Source: an uncultured Acidobacteriota bacterium
Lineage (GTDB): Bacteria > Acidobacteriota > UBA6911 > CAINFC01
Length of the DNA stretch: 64,000 nt
NCBI GenBank assembly: GCA_903847975.1
Contig: CAINFC010000294.1
Span: forward strand, 811 to 64,810
Direction of reading: 5' to 3'
The translations under genes were made by a program, and so were the position numbers. Positions within the stretch are counted from its first letter, which is position 1. The number at the start of each line of letters is the position of its first letter. The notes under the pieces were generated by a model, which was not told the origin of the DNA, made no database searches, and was given only the letters and a program-made list of their open reading frames with translations. Positions 53,625 to 63,998 of this stretch are shown here, one piece after another.

Positions 53625-55624
53625 GCCGAGGAAACGACCTTTTTCTGCTGCTGCTCAACCTCTCGCAGATGCAAAGCCGCGACGCGATCATGGCTTTGTT
53701 CCTCGAGAGCCTCGGCGCGTTGTTCGCGCCCGTGGCCTTTGCGCATGCCGATCGGGAGCCGGACGGGAGCGGGCCGAGTTTTGCGATCACCACCCGGAAA
53801 TCGGCGTACGGGTTCGTTGTTCCGTCGACGGGAACGACGTTGTCCGGGGAAGATCGCAGCAGCCTGAGCAACGCGGCGCAAATGTTGGCGATCATGCTGG
53901 AAAGGCTTGATTTTGAGGCCAACCTGGAAAAGGAGCGGATGTCCATATCCCGGATCGCGGAGGATCGCCTGTCGGAGTTGGAGCGTGCCGTGGAACATCT
54001 CCGGCAGTCCCGCAACGCCTATATCAATCTGGCCGAAGACCAGGACCGGGAAATTGCCAACCGCAAAAAGGTGGAAGAGGCGCTGCGCGAGAGCGAGGAA
54101 ACGTACCGGGCACTGGTGGACGGATTGCCCGATATTGTGATGCGCTTCGACCGCGCGGGGCGGCATCTGTTCGTGTCCGACAAGGTCCGCGAGACGGTGG
54201 GGCTGGAGGCCGGGAAGTTGATCGGCAAAACCCATGCCGAGCTGGGATTTCCGGAAACCCAGTGCCGGTTCTGGGAGGAATCCATCCGGCGGGTGTTCGA
54301 CAGCGGCATGCCTTTCGAAACCGAGTTCACCATCGAGGGCCAGGCCGGCTCTATGATCTTTAACTGGCGGCTGGTGCCCGAATACGATGACCTGGGAAAG
54401 GTGTCGTCCGTACTCTCGATCAGCCGCAACATCACCGGCCGGCGGCAGGCGGAGGCGGAGCGTGAGAAGCTCCAGGCCCAGCTCACCCAGGCCCAGAAGA
54501 TGGAGTCGGTGGGGCGGCTGGCAGGAGGCGTGGCGCACGACTTCAACAACATGCTGGGGGTGATTCTCGGCCACACGGAGATGGCTCTGGAGAAGGTGGC
54601 CCCCGGCGAGCCCCTGCATGCCAACCTGGCGGAGATCCGAAGTGCCGCCGAGCGCTCGGCGGACCTCACCCGGCAGCTGCTGGCCTTTGCGCGAAAGCAG
54701 ACCGTCGCCCCCAAAGTGCTCGACTTGAACCATACGGTGGAAAGCATGCTCAAGTTGCTGCGGCGGCTGATCGGCGAAGACATCGACCTGGCCTGGAGGC
54801 CGGGCAGGGGACTCTGGCTGGTCAGGCTGGACCCTGCCCAGATCGACCAGATCCTGGCCAACCTGTGCGTGAACGCCCGGGATGCCATTGCCGGCGTGGG
54901 CAAGGTCACCATCGAAACAGCCAACGCCGTCTTCGACGAGGACGGCTGTGCAAGGAGCTCGGGCCTGATCCCCGGAGAGTATGTGCTGCTGGCCGTAAGC
55001 GACGACGGCTGCGGCATGGATAGCGGGACGCTGGCCCACATCTTCGAGCCCTTCTTCACCACCAAGCAGATCGGCCAGGGGACCGGCCTGGGCCTGGCCT
55101 CGGTGTATGGGGCGGTCAAGCAGAACAACGGCTTTGTCAATGTATACAGCGAGCCGGGCCAAGGTACCACTTTCAAGATCTACCTGCCGCGGTACGCAGC
55201 CCAGGCAGCGGCGGAGACGCAGGAGCCCAGGCTGCAGGCAGCGGCGCACGGCAGCGAAACCGTGCTGCTGGTGGAGGACGAACCGGCCATCCTGAAAATG
55301 ACCACGATGACTCTGGCGCGTCTGGGGTACAACGTGCTGGCGGTCACTACCCCGGGAGAGGCCATCGGGTTGGCCCGGGAGTACTCCGGCCGTATCGACC
55401 TGCTCCTAACCGATGTGATCATGCCGGAGATGAACGGACGGGTCCTGGCCAAAAGCCTGAAGGCCACCTGCCCGGAGATGCGGTGCCTGTTCATGTCGGG
55501 TTACACGGCCGATGTCGTCGCCCACTGTGGCGTTCTGGATGAAGGCGTGCATTTCATCCAGAAGCCGTTCTCGGGGAAGGACCTGGGGGCGAAAATCAGG
55601 GAGGCTCTGTGCCGGGACGAATGA
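53621..55624 (+). CDS. Hybrid sensor histidine kinase (PAS, HisKA, HATPase_c, receiver)
   Basis: H-box RLAGGVAHDFNNMLGVI. DDGCGMD and GTGLGLASV ATPase boxes. C-terminal REC VLLVEDEPAIL...LLLTDVIMPEMNG. The minus-strand ORF 53600..55249 is antisense. Confidence 0.9.
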   Translation: MSRGNDLFLLLLNLSQMQSRDAIMALFLESLGALFAPVAFAHADREPDGSGPSFAITTRKSAYGFVVPSTGTTLSGEDRSSLSNAAQMLAIMLERLDFEANLEKERMSISRIAEDRLSELERAVEHLRQSRNAYINLAEDQDREIANRKKVEEALRESEETYRALVDGLPDIVMRFDRAGRHLFVSDKVRETVGLEAGKLIGKTHAELGFPETQCRFWEESIRRVFDSGMPFETEFTIEGQAGSMIFNWRLVPEYDDLGKVSSVLSISRNITGRRQAEAEREKLQAQLTQAQKMESVGRLAGGVAHDFNNMLGVILGHTEMALEKVAPGEPLHANLAEIRSAAERSADLTRQLLAFARKQTVAPKVLDLNHTVESMLKLLRRLIGEDIDLAWRPGRGLWLVRLDPAQIDQILANLCVNARDAIAGVGKVTIETANAVFDEDGCARSSGLIPGEYVLLAVSDDGCGMDSGTLAHIFEPFFTTKQIGQGTGLGLASVYGAVKQNNGFVNVYSEPGQGTTFKIYLPRYAAQAAAETQEPRLQAAAHGSETVLLVEDEPAILKMTTMTLARLGYNVLAVTTPGEAIGLAREYSGRIDLLLTDVIMPEMNGRVLAKSLKATCPEMRCLFMSGYTADVVAHCGVLDEGVHFIQKPFSGKDLGAKIREALCRDE

Positions 55625-55760
55625 GGACCGAGGGCCGGCTTTGGCCTGGATGTCACAGGCGGAATCCCGCTCGCAACGTGCCGCCTTTAAGGCGGGACTA
55701 AATGGGATGCCTCTTCGGGGGGGGCAGTAAACCTCCGGGTCGACCGTTCCGGCATATTTT

Positions 55761-58700
55761 CTATCTCATCAGCAGCGGCAGGTAGATCCACGTGTAGGTT
55801 CCTTCCCCGGCAAGAGAAATCTGGATAACGGAATGGTCCGGGTCGTTGGAAGGCATTGTCAGCAGAGCGCTTCGGCCGGTCAGGGCGGATGGCTGAAAGG
55901 CCACGCGGACCGTGCAGTTGGCCGAGGGAGCCAGCGTCCTGCCGGAGCAGGGATCCTCGAGGATCTTAAAATCGGCGGCATCGGCTCCCGTTTTGCCGAT
56001 CGAACCGATCACCAGGTTCTGGGTCCCGGTGCTCAGAATGTTCACTACTTTATCGGGTGATGTCGCCCCGCGGGGAACCTTCCCGAAATTGAGGCCCGTC
56101 CCGCCATCCGATAACATAACCACGATGTTGGTTGGGCTTTCGGTGGTGAAGGTCCAGGAGTAGGCCGCAGCCATAGGGTTTCCGGCCTTGTCCCGGATCC
56201 CGCTGCCCAGCGTGGCCGTGTAGGCGGTCGAGGGAGAAAACGCTTTGCCAGGCGCGAAGAAAGCCGTCCAGGTCGCTTCGTTATAGGTTACCGTTCCGGT
56301 CATGCCCCCGCTCACGGAAAAAGTCGATGCCGTCAGTGTGGCGGAATCGACAGGTTCCGAAAAAGTGGCCCGGAGGTTCGGCGCATAGGTGCCCGACCCC
56401 GCCGACACCGGGTTCGGATCATAATGGATGTCGCCGGCATTGGCTTCCGGGAAGGTGCCGGTCACCGCAGGAGGAGCGGTGTCGGCGGAACCGGGATGGA
56501 CGGCGATCGCCACCCGGGCCGGAACGCTGTCCGTCGACCCGTTGCGGACCAGGTAGTAAAATTCATCCCCGCCGCTGAAGTTCAATATGGACGTGTAAGT
56601 GATGTCGGGCGGTGTTCCGGCGAGGGTCCCGAAAGAGGGCGGCCGGGTGATGCGGTAGGTCAGCGGCACGGATCCGCTGTCCCGGCCGCTGAGACGAATG
56701 GAGGCGGCTACCGCCGAGGTTGCGGTCACCTCCTTGGGGTCGGCGGCAAGCCAAGCGACCCGGTTGGAAACCGGATTGGTCGGCGTAATCTGATTGACCG
56801 TCGGGAAGTAGACCTTGGCCAGATTGGTGATTTCCGTTCCCGCAGCCGCGCTGGTTTTCACATGGACGCGGAAGGTTACATATCCTTTGCCGTGGGCAGC
56901 CAGGGTGCCGATCTCCCAGCCCAGGAGCCTCGATGCGCCCGAATAGGTGCCGCTATTGCCGATAGACAGAGTGGCCTCATCGAGATTGGGGTCCAGTTCG
57001 TCGAGGACGAATACGTTGTAAGCCGTGCCTTCCCCCAGGTTCTCGTAGTCGATGCGGTAGGTGAGCGACTGCCCGGGGATTACCTCGCCGGCAAAATCGA
57101 CCGACTTGGCGTTGGGGTCGTCCGGCAAGGTCGCTTCGGTCACGATTTTAGTAATATAAGGCTCGCAGGATATATTCGGGAAAGCCCCCGGGAGTGCCCG
57201 ATTTCCCCGGAAGCGAGCCGTACTGCTGCAGGGTTTGCCGCAGTGAGGCTCCGGAGTTTCAATGCACTCGCAATACTGGCAAATTTCCTGTTGGCTTCGA
57301 TCGAGGACCCACCGGGAGCCGGTGCTGTCCACCCGGCAGACGCTGACATCGACTTTGGTAGCCAAAGGGCGCAGGAAAAGCCACAAAGCCCAGACGGCAT
57401 CGATATTGCAGCTGCGGCGCGTTTCCGATGGCTCACATGCCCAGGTGTTGGGGGCCATCCTGCAATCGCCGATACACTTCTCGATGCTGCCGGCAAATCT
57501 GGGGTACCTGTTCCGATTGACGTCGATATACATACGGGCGCAGGCCGCGCAGCTGGCCGGATCCTTTTTCCCTTCTTTCATGGCTGCCTGGCAGGTGAGG
57601 CAATCCCTGCTGGTCTGCCTGAACTGCTTGGTCTGCATGTAATGGTTCCATTTCGGATTGTGGAACAGGCAGTTATAGGTGCACTTATCCCGCTCCTGGC
57701 TATGGGCCACCGCCCAGGTTCCCCAGCCCCGAAAGGAGTTGTCGTTCCAGTCCTCCCGGAAACCGCCATCCTGGTCGAAAAGCGAGTAGGCGCTGTCCTC
57801 ATATTTTTCCAGGAAAGCGTTGCTCCCGGCTTTTTTGAGAAAAACCGGGCTGGCCTGCGGCGGGTTCAGGAATGCCAGCACCAGGTTGGAAGAGCCATCC
57901 GACAAATCGTAGCGCCGGGCCACCTGGTCGAAGGAAAATCCCTGACTCAAAGCGTAATCGTACAGTCGCTTCAGCTCCGGGTCCCCGGCAAGGAGGGCGG
58001 AAATCTCCGTGGGGGTGTAGGATTTTTCGGACAGCGTCTGAACGGGAACATAATTCAGGTAGTCGGCCGCCACCGTGCTCGAAGTAATGTTTTCGGCCGT
58101 CATGTCGACATACATCTCGATTTTCTGATGCAGCGGCAATTCCCAGGGGACTTCCATTTTCAGGGTCAATATACCTTTGGCTCCCGGGCTGAGATGGCCC
58201 AGCTTCCAGAATACCTGGTGCCGGTCGTCGCGATAGATTCCTCCCTGCGAGCTGGAATGATAGGTGAAATCACCCGGAAGGTAGAAAATAGCCACGGCAT
58301 TCTGGATGGTCTGCGCCAGGATGTTGTGATACTCGACCAGAAAAGTGGTCACTTCTCCCGGGGTGACGTAGCGGTATCCCCAGGCATAAATCAGGCTGTA
58401 TTCGGGGATCAGAGCCTTTTCCGGGAAAAGCTTAGGGTGGGCAAACGTCCCGTTGCCGAGCTGCCCCGAATCATTCCACCCGCATCCCCAGACGGTGCCG
58501 TCTTTCTTCACCAGCAGGGAGTGGTATCCACCGGCTCCCGCTCCGCTTACGGCGGTCAGGAATCCGCTGGGATCCAGGGGATCTTTCATTCGCGTCGCTA
58601 CAATTTTGTTTTCCTGCGCCCCGCTGCAGAGCTGCCCCCCGTTGTTGGCCCCCCAAGCCCAGGCACTGCCATCGTTTTTCACCGCCAGCGAGAAGCGCCC

Positions 58701-59645
58701 GTCGGCGGCGATTTTCGTAATTCCGGTCAGGTACCCGCCGGCATCGACGGGATCTTTCACCTGGACAAAAAACTTGGTCACCGGGGGCGGGTAAACGGAG
58801 CTCACGGTGGTGCCATCCCCGAGCTGCCCCTCCTGGTTTCGGCCGCAGGCCCAGACGGTGCCGTCCTGCCGGAGGGCCAGCGTATGTTCCCAACCTGCGG
58901 CAATGGCCACGATTTGGGCCAGACCTGCTGCGGGCCCGGCCACATCCTGGGGAACGGACCCGGCGTCATAATACATCCTTCCAAGGACCGCATAATCGCG
59001 GGTTCCCCAGGTCCAGACTGTACCGTCGGACCGGAGCGCCACGGAGTGGCTACCTCCGGCGGCGATGGCGACCACTCCGCCCAGGTATCCCGAGGACCCT
59101 TTGACCTGGACGGGAACCGTTTTCCCGATATAGGTGCCATCGCCCAGCTGCCCGCTGTAATTGTAGCCCCAGGCCCAGACGGTTCCATCGGATTTGAGGG
59201 CCATGGAGTAGAGGTCGCCGGCAGCCACCTGGACCACGCCGGTCAGAAAGCCGGTGAGATCGGAAGGATCCTTGACCTGCACGGGAGTATGCTGATTGGC
59301 CTTGGTGCCGTCGCCCAGCTGTCCGTATCCGTTTATGCCCCAGGCCCAGACGGTTCCGTCCGACCTGACCGCCAGGTTGTGGGCGGAAGAGCTGACGAGG
59401 GAAACCACATCGGCGAGATCGGACATCCGCACCGGGTTGTTTTTATTGACATTGGTGCCGTCGCCCAGCTGTCCGTAATAGTTGTACCCAAAGCTCCAGA
59501 GGCTGCCGTCCTCACGCAGCGCAACGGTATGGTTATTTCCCCCATCCGCGAGGGTGACCTTGAGCGTCAGCGCCAAACAGATGCCGGAGAGGTTCGACGC
59601 GACGACAAAGAAACTCAACAGCAAACCGAATGACGTTTTCTTCAT
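55761..59645 (-). CDS. Giant secreted RCC1-repeat (beta-propeller) protein with C-terminal Ig-like/cadherin-like domains (1294 aa)
   Basis: Signal peptide MKKTSFGLLLSFFVVASNLSG. Seven or more RCC1 blades (GYNYYGQLGDGT, GINGYGQLGDGT, GYNYSGQLGDGT, GRNQEGQLGDGT, GANNGGQLCSG, GWNDSGQLGNGT). Cys-rich middle region. T/S-rich Ig-like C-terminus. Confidence 0.85.
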   Translation of the reverse strand: MKKTSFGLLLSFFVVASNLSGICLALTLKVTLADGGNNHTVALREDGSLWSFGYNYYGQLGDGTNVNKNNPVRMSDLADVVSLVSSSAHNLAVRSDGTVWAWGINGYGQLGDGTKANQHTPVQVKDPSDLTGFLTGVVQVAAGDLYSMALKSDGTVWAWGYNYSGQLGDGTYIGKTVPVQVKGSSGYLGGVVAIAAGGSHSVALRSDGTVWTWGTRDYAVLGRMYYDAGSVPQDVAGPAAGLAQIVAIAAGWEHTLALRQDGTVWACGRNQEGQLGDGTTVSSVYPPPVTKFFVQVKDPVDAGGYLTGITKIAADGRFSLAVKNDGSAWAWGANNGGQLCSGAQENKIVATRMKDPLDPSGFLTAVSGAGAGGYHSLLVKKDGTVWGCGWNDSGQLGNGTFAHPKLFPEKALIPEYSLIYAWGYRYVTPGEVTTFLVEYHNILAQTIQNAVAIFYLPGDFTYHSSSQGGIYRDDRHQVFWKLGHLSPGAKGILTLKMEVPWELPLHQKIEMYVDMTAENITSSTVAADYLNYVPVQTLSEKSYTPTEISALLAGDPELKRLYDYALSQGFSFDQVARRYDLSDGSSNLVLAFLNPPQASPVFLKKAGSNAFLEKYEDSAYSLFDQDGGFREDWNDNSFRGWGTWAVAHSQERDKCTYNCLFHNPKWNHYMQTKQFRQTSRDCLTCQAAMKEGKKDPASCAACARMYIDVNRNRYPRFAGSIEKCIGDCRMAPNTWACEPSETRRSCNIDAVWALWLFLRPLATKVDVSVCRVDSTGSRWVLDRSQQEICQYCECIETPEPHCGKPCSSTARFRGNRALPGAFPNISCEPYITKIVTEATLPDDPNAKSVDFAGEVIPGQSLTYRIDYENLGEGTAYNVFVLDELDPNLDEATLSIGNSGTYSGASRLLGWEIGTLAAHGKGYVTFRVHVKTSAAAGTEITNLAKVYFPTVNQITPTNPVSNRVAWLAADPKEVTATSAVAASIRLSGRDSGSVPLTYRITRPPSFGTLAGTPPDITYTSILNFSGGDEFYYLVRNGSTDSVPARVAIAVHPGSADTAPPAVTGTFPEANAGDIHYDPNPVSAGSGTYAPNLRATFSEPVDSATLTASTFSVSGGMTGTVTYNEATWTAFFAPGKAFSPSTAYTATLGSGIRDKAGNPMAAAYSWTFTTESPTNIVVMLSDGGTGLNFGKVPRGATSPDKVVNILSTGTQNLVIGSIGKTGADAADFKILEDPCSGRTLAPSANCTVRVAFQPSALTGRSALLTMPSNDPDHSVIQISLAGEGTYTWIYLPLLMR

Positions 59646-59704
59646 GATGAACTCCCTTTCCCTTGTGGGCTTCTCATGACGGGACGGCTCCCGGCGATGC
59701 TATT

Positions 59705-60319
59705 TCAAGGCAGGTGAATGCCCAGTTCCTGGAGGGCCTTACGAACCTGCAGGGGGCCGTTGACCTGAATGGCGCGAATCCCGGCATCGACGGCGCCGCG
59801 CACGCACGCCGGATTGTCGTCGAAGAATATGACCTCCCCGGCCGCCATGGCCAGGTTTTGGAGAACGTATTCGTAAATACCACGATCCGGCTTCATCATC
59901 CCGATTTTGTGCGAAAGGAAGAGATGGTCGAAGCAGGAGCCGACCTGGTAACGCCGCTGGAGGATTCCCCAGTGCATTTCATTGTTATTGCTCAGGCAGG
60001 CCAGCGGGATTCTTCCTTTCAAGGCCTGAAGGATTTCGAGGGCGCCGGGCAGGTATCCCTTCTCCCAGGATGCAAACTGCTGCAGAAAATCCTCCGCGGA
60101 AATATCGAAGCCGGCGTCCGAGGTGACGCCACGGGCAAACTCCAGCGGGCTGCATTTTCCGGTTTCCAGGGTACGGACCCAGGGGGATTCGATCCAGAAC
60201 CGCCGGGCCCCTTCGGTATCCAATCGGCCCCGGGATAGACGGACCAGCGGACCGATGCCGTCGAAGCCAACCAGCACCCCTCCCAGGTCGAAAATCAGCG
60301 CTTTCGGAAAAATGGCCAT
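59705..60319 (-). CDS. HAD-superfamily hydrolase (variant motif I)
   Basis: MAIFPKALIFDLGGVLV... (motif I-like, second Asp replaced by Gly). C-terminal HAD motifs (...LSNNNEMHW..., ...FFDDNPACV...). ATG 60319 is preferred over the track start 60421. Confidence 0.6.
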   Translation of the reverse strand: MAIFPKALIFDLGGVLVGFDGIGPLVRLSRGRLDTEGARRFWIESPWVRTLETGKCSPLEFARGVTSDAGFDISAEDFLQQFASWEKGYLPGALEILQALKGRIPLACLSNNNEMHWGILQRRYQVGSCFDHLFLSHKIGMMKPDRGIYEYVLQNLAMAAGEVIFFDDNPACVRGAVDAGIRAIQVNGPLQVRKALQELGIHLP

Positions 60320-60793
60320 AGATCGACTTCCCCGGCTGCCGGCCTCTCGGAAATTGAAAATGGTATGGGTTGATTGTACTACAGGAGAAAACATCCTGCC
60401 ACCGTGAAAGGCTTTCGCCATGAAAACTCATAGCCCAGTGGGCCGGATCGGGCGATACCTCCCGGGACACGGGAGCCGTCAGCTAAGACAAACCGGTAAA
60501 AAGCCGCCCTCTCGCGGCGAAAAGCCCTTCCGCCTTTCTTCCCGCTCTTCCTTTCTTCCTGTGAGCCCGATCTTTTCACAGGAAGACGGGAAGATGAGGA
60601 AGGAAGAAAGAAGCCATCCGTGTATAGAGAATGGAGAAAGGGATTTTGTGCAGGAAAGATAATCCCTCCGGAAACAAAGGAGGGTGCCGTGGACCGGCTA
60701 TTTTTGACGCCGGAATTCTTTGGATTGCAAGCGGAGATGTCGCAGTCCTGTGGATGGTATCGTTTCCCTCCAGCCGGGAAACGGGCCGGGACT

Positions 60794-61681
60794 TCAGCGG
60801 CCCAGGCCGTCCTGCAAAATCTGGGACAGCTTCCAGATCAGCAGCAGTCCGGGGTTGTCCACCACGTAGCCCACAAAACCCATATCGTCCACCGTGATCG
60901 CCATGGCGATTCGGCCGCGGCGCGTGTAGACAATGCCGACATCGCTCCGCAACCGGTCCAGCGCCCCCGATTTGGAGGCCACCGGGATGGTGTCCGGCAT
61001 GTTTCTGCCGAGGCCCTCCTTGTACTGCTGCCGCTTCAGGATGGCGATCATTTCGTCCGAAGCTTCCCGGGAAACGACCTGGCCGCGTTCGATCATCTCC
61101 AGGAGCTTGACCATTTCACGCGGCGTCGTGGAGCCCAGGCCGAAAAGGCGGTTCTCGGGATCCCGGTATGCGGCCGATTCTCCGCCGCCGCCGATCTTAC
61201 GCATGGCGCGGGTCGCCGGCAGCCCGAGGGAATCCATGAAGCCGTTCACGCTGTCGGCTTTCACTTTATCCAGCACCAGGTTGGTGGCCGTGTTGTCCGA
61301 GACGACGATCATCAGGTGCATCGCGGTGCGAAGGTCGATGCGGATGTGATCGGAAAACTCGGAGAGCACTCCCGAGCCTCCCTGTCTGGCTTCCCTGGTC
61401 AGATCGATTTCGTCGGTCCATTTCAGCTTCCCTTCCGCCACCTGGTGAAAGGCTTCGGCCATGATGGGAAGCTTGATGGTGCTGGCGGTTCGCACTTTTT
61501 CGTCGGCCCGAAGCGCGTAGTCGCGCCCGGTATCCAGGTTACGGGCATAAATCCAGACCTTGCCGGAAAACCCTTCCATCGCCGAGCGGACCTGTTCCTC
61601 CAGCGGGACGGGGACTTTTTGCCAGGCCGCGGAGGGCACCGCCAGCAGCAGCCAGAAAGCGCAGCGCAGAACTGATTTCAT
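60794..61681 (-). CDS. Class A beta-lactamase-like serine hydrolase with signal peptide
   Basis: MKSVLRCAFWLLLAVPSAA signal peptide. STIK (SxxK). SDN (VVSDNTATN). KSG (ASKSGAL) triad boxes in class A order and spacing. Confidence 0.7.
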   Translation of the reverse strand: MKSVLRCAFWLLLAVPSAAWQKVPVPLEEQVRSAMEGFSGKVWIYARNLDTGRDYALRADEKVRTASTIKLPIMAEAFHQVAEGKLKWTDEIDLTREARQGGSGVLSEFSDHIRIDLRTAMHLMIVVSDNTATNLVLDKVKADSVNGFMDSLGLPATRAMRKIGGGGESAAYRDPENRLFGLGSTTPREMVKLLEMIERGQVVSREASDEMIAILKRQQYKEGLGRNMPDTIPVASKSGALDRLRSDVGIVYTRRGRIAMAITVDDMGFVGYVVDNPGLLLIWKLSQILQDGLGR

Positions 61682-61907
61682 AGTTTCCCCTTTTACGGCA
61701 AAGGGCGGCAACCACCCGGACCCACGGCTGGTCCGCCCGTTCATGCAGGAATGATTTTACTGCAGGATGGCAGGATCCGGCTCGTGAAAATATTTGGCGT
61801 GCGGGAGGAAATCCGATGGTTTCCAAGGCGGGCCCGCTCCTTTTCCAGGTAATATTTCATGGGCGGTTCCGATGTTCGGCGGCCCTGTCTTTTTGAAAGA
61901 GGAAACA

Positions 61908-63998
61908 ATGATATTTTCCAGGAATCGTATGAGGAAGAGTATCTTTCTGCCGGTCTTCCTGCTGTTATTTTTCTGCGGTCTGACGGCCGGCAGCCTGGCC
62001 GGAGAACGCAAGCCGAAAAGTTCTTCGGCGGGACTCGACCTCGAGGGAATGGATCCTTCTGTCGCCCCGGGGAATGATTTTTTCGCCTACGCCAACGGAT
62101 CCTGGCTGAAAAACACGCCGATTCCTGCCGACCTGGAGAGCTATGGTGTAGATGAGCTTGTTCTCGAGCGCACCGGCCGAAAAACAGAGGCTCTGGTCGA
62201 GGAGGCGGCGGCAGAAAAAGCACGTCCGGGGACGGAATCGCAGCAGATCGGCGACTATTTCAAGGCCTACCTGGATACTGCCGCCATTGAAGCCCGGGGG
62301 CTTCAGCCTCTTCAGCCGACCATGGAACGGATTGCCGGCATCTCCGGCCTGCGCCCGCTTTCGGAGTTTTTCGGGAGCCAGGTGAGGGCGGACGTGGACG
62401 CGCTCAATGCCACCGACTGGTACACGGACAACCTGTTCGGGCTGTGGGTCGCCCAGGACCTCGACCGGCCCGGGCGAAATGTTCCGTACCTGCTGCAGGG
62501 AGGACTGGGAATGCCCGACCGGGAGTACTACCTGGATGCCTCGCCCCGCATGGAGGAAATCCGGAAGCAGTATGCGGCACACATCGCCGCCGTTCTGGAG
62601 CGGGCCGGGATCGCCGGGGCGGATGAAAAAGCCCGGAGAATCCTTCTCCTGGAAACCCGCATGGCCAAAGCCCATGCGGATCGCGCGGCAACCGGAGATA
62701 TCCGCAGGGGAAACCAGCACTGGATGCGCCCCGAATTTGAATCCAGGGCGCCCGGCCTGGACTGGGAGGCTTTCTTTTCCCGCTGCGGCCTGGCAGGCCA
62801 GTCGGAGTTTGTGGTCTGGCAGCCGGAAGCCGTTGCGGGCCTTTCCGCCCTGGTGTCCTCGGAGCCGATCGAGTCCTGGAAGGACTATCTTCTGTTCCGG
62901 ACTTTGGAGCATTTTGCCACGGTGCTCCCCAGGAAATTCGACGAGGAGAATTTCGCCTTTTACGGGAGGATTCTTTCCGGAATTCCCCAGCAGCGGGACA
63001 GGCGTATCAGAGCGGTGGATGCCGCCGCCAGCGCCCTGGGGGATGCCGTGGGCCGGCGGTATGTCCGGCGACACTTCCGCTCCTCGGAAAAAAAGCGGGC
63101 CGAAACCATGGTGCAATACATGATTACCGCTTTCGCGGCACGGATCGACCGCCTGTCGTGGATGACTCCGTCCACCCGGGCCAGGGCCAAGGCCAAACTC
63201 AAAACCCTGGTGGTGGGCATCGGGTATCCGAAGCGCTGGACGGACTATTCCGGGCTGCGCATTCTGCCGGGCGATGCTTTCGGAAACCTGGAGAGGGTCG
63301 AGCTGTTCGAGCTGAAGCGCAGCCTGCAGAAGCTGAACCGGCCGGCAGACCGCTTCGAATGGGTGATGACCCCGCAAACGGTCAATGCCGTCAACCTTCC
63401 TGCGATGAATGCCTTGAATTTTCCGGCCGCCATTCTGCAGCCGCCTTTTTTCGACCCCGACCGCCCGGCCGCTGCGGACTTCGGATCCATCGGGGCGATC
63501 ATCGGGCATGAAATCAGCCACAGCTTTGACGACCAGGGCTCGCTTTTCGACCACCAGGGGAGGCTGTGCGACTGGTGGACGGATGCCGACGCCGCGCAGT
63601 TCAAATCTTCCGCGGAAAGACTGGTGGGGCAATACGACCGCTATCGCCCCTTTCCCGATGCCGCGGTTAACGGTCGCCTGACGCTTACCGAGAACATCGC
63701 CGACGTGGCCGGCCTGTCGGTGGCCTACGATGGCTACCGGCTCTCCCGGAAAGGCAGAAAGGATCCGGTGAAGGACGGCCTGACCGGCGACCAGCAGTTT
63801 TTCCTGAGCTTTGCCCAGTCCTGGAGGCAGAAGGTGCGCGAAGACGCACTCCGCCTTCAGCTGGCCACGGACGGTCATTCTCCGGCAGAGTACCGTGCCG
63901 CTGCGGTACGCAATATCGATGCCTGGTATGAAGCCTTCGAGGTGAAGCCGGGGGAGGGGCTTTACCTCGCACCGGCAGACCGGGTCAGGATCTGGTAA
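61908..63998 (+). CDS. M13-family zinc metallopeptidase (PepO / neprilysin-like), lipoprotein-type signal
   Basis: AGAGGAAA RBS before ATG 61908. Signal FLPVFLLLFFCGLTAGS. HEISH zinc motif. ENIADVAG (ENxADxGG). C-terminal NIDAWYEAFEV typical of M13. Confidence 0.85.
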   Translation: MIFSRNRMRKSIFLPVFLLLFFCGLTAGSLAGERKPKSSSAGLDLEGMDPSVAPGNDFFAYANGSWLKNTPIPADLESYGVDELVLERTGRKTEALVEEAAAEKARPGTESQQIGDYFKAYLDTAAIEARGLQPLQPTMERIAGISGLRPLSEFFGSQVRADVDALNATDWYTDNLFGLWVAQDLDRPGRNVPYLLQGGLGMPDREYYLDASPRMEEIRKQYAAHIAAVLERAGIAGADEKARRILLLETRMAKAHADRAATGDIRRGNQHWMRPEFESRAPGLDWEAFFSRCGLAGQSEFVVWQPEAVAGLSALVSSEPIESWKDYLLFRTLEHFATVLPRKFDEENFAFYGRILSGIPQQRDRRIRAVDAAASALGDAVGRRYVRRHFRSSEKKRAETMVQYMITAFAARIDRLSWMTPSTRARAKAKLKTLVVGIGYPKRWTDYSGLRILPGDAFGNLERVELFELKRSLQKLNRPADRFEWVMTPQTVNAVNLPAMNALNFPAAILQPPFFDPDRPAAADFGSIGAIIGHEISHSFDDQGSLFDHQGRLCDWWTDADAAQFKSSAERLVGQYDRYRPFPDAAVNGRLTLTENIADVAGLSVAYDGYRLSRKGRKDPVKDGLTGDQQFFLSFAQSWRQKVREDALRLQLATDGHSPAEYRAAAVRNIDAWYEAFEVKPGEGLYLAPADRVRIW

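Noticed and set aside
53600-55249. 549-aa minus ORF
   Set aside because: Antisense to the hybrid HK at 53621..55624.
56424-59633. 1069-aa plus ORF
   Set aside because: Antisense to the RCC1-repeat protein gene. The translation is Gly/Arg/Pro-rich without repeats of known type.
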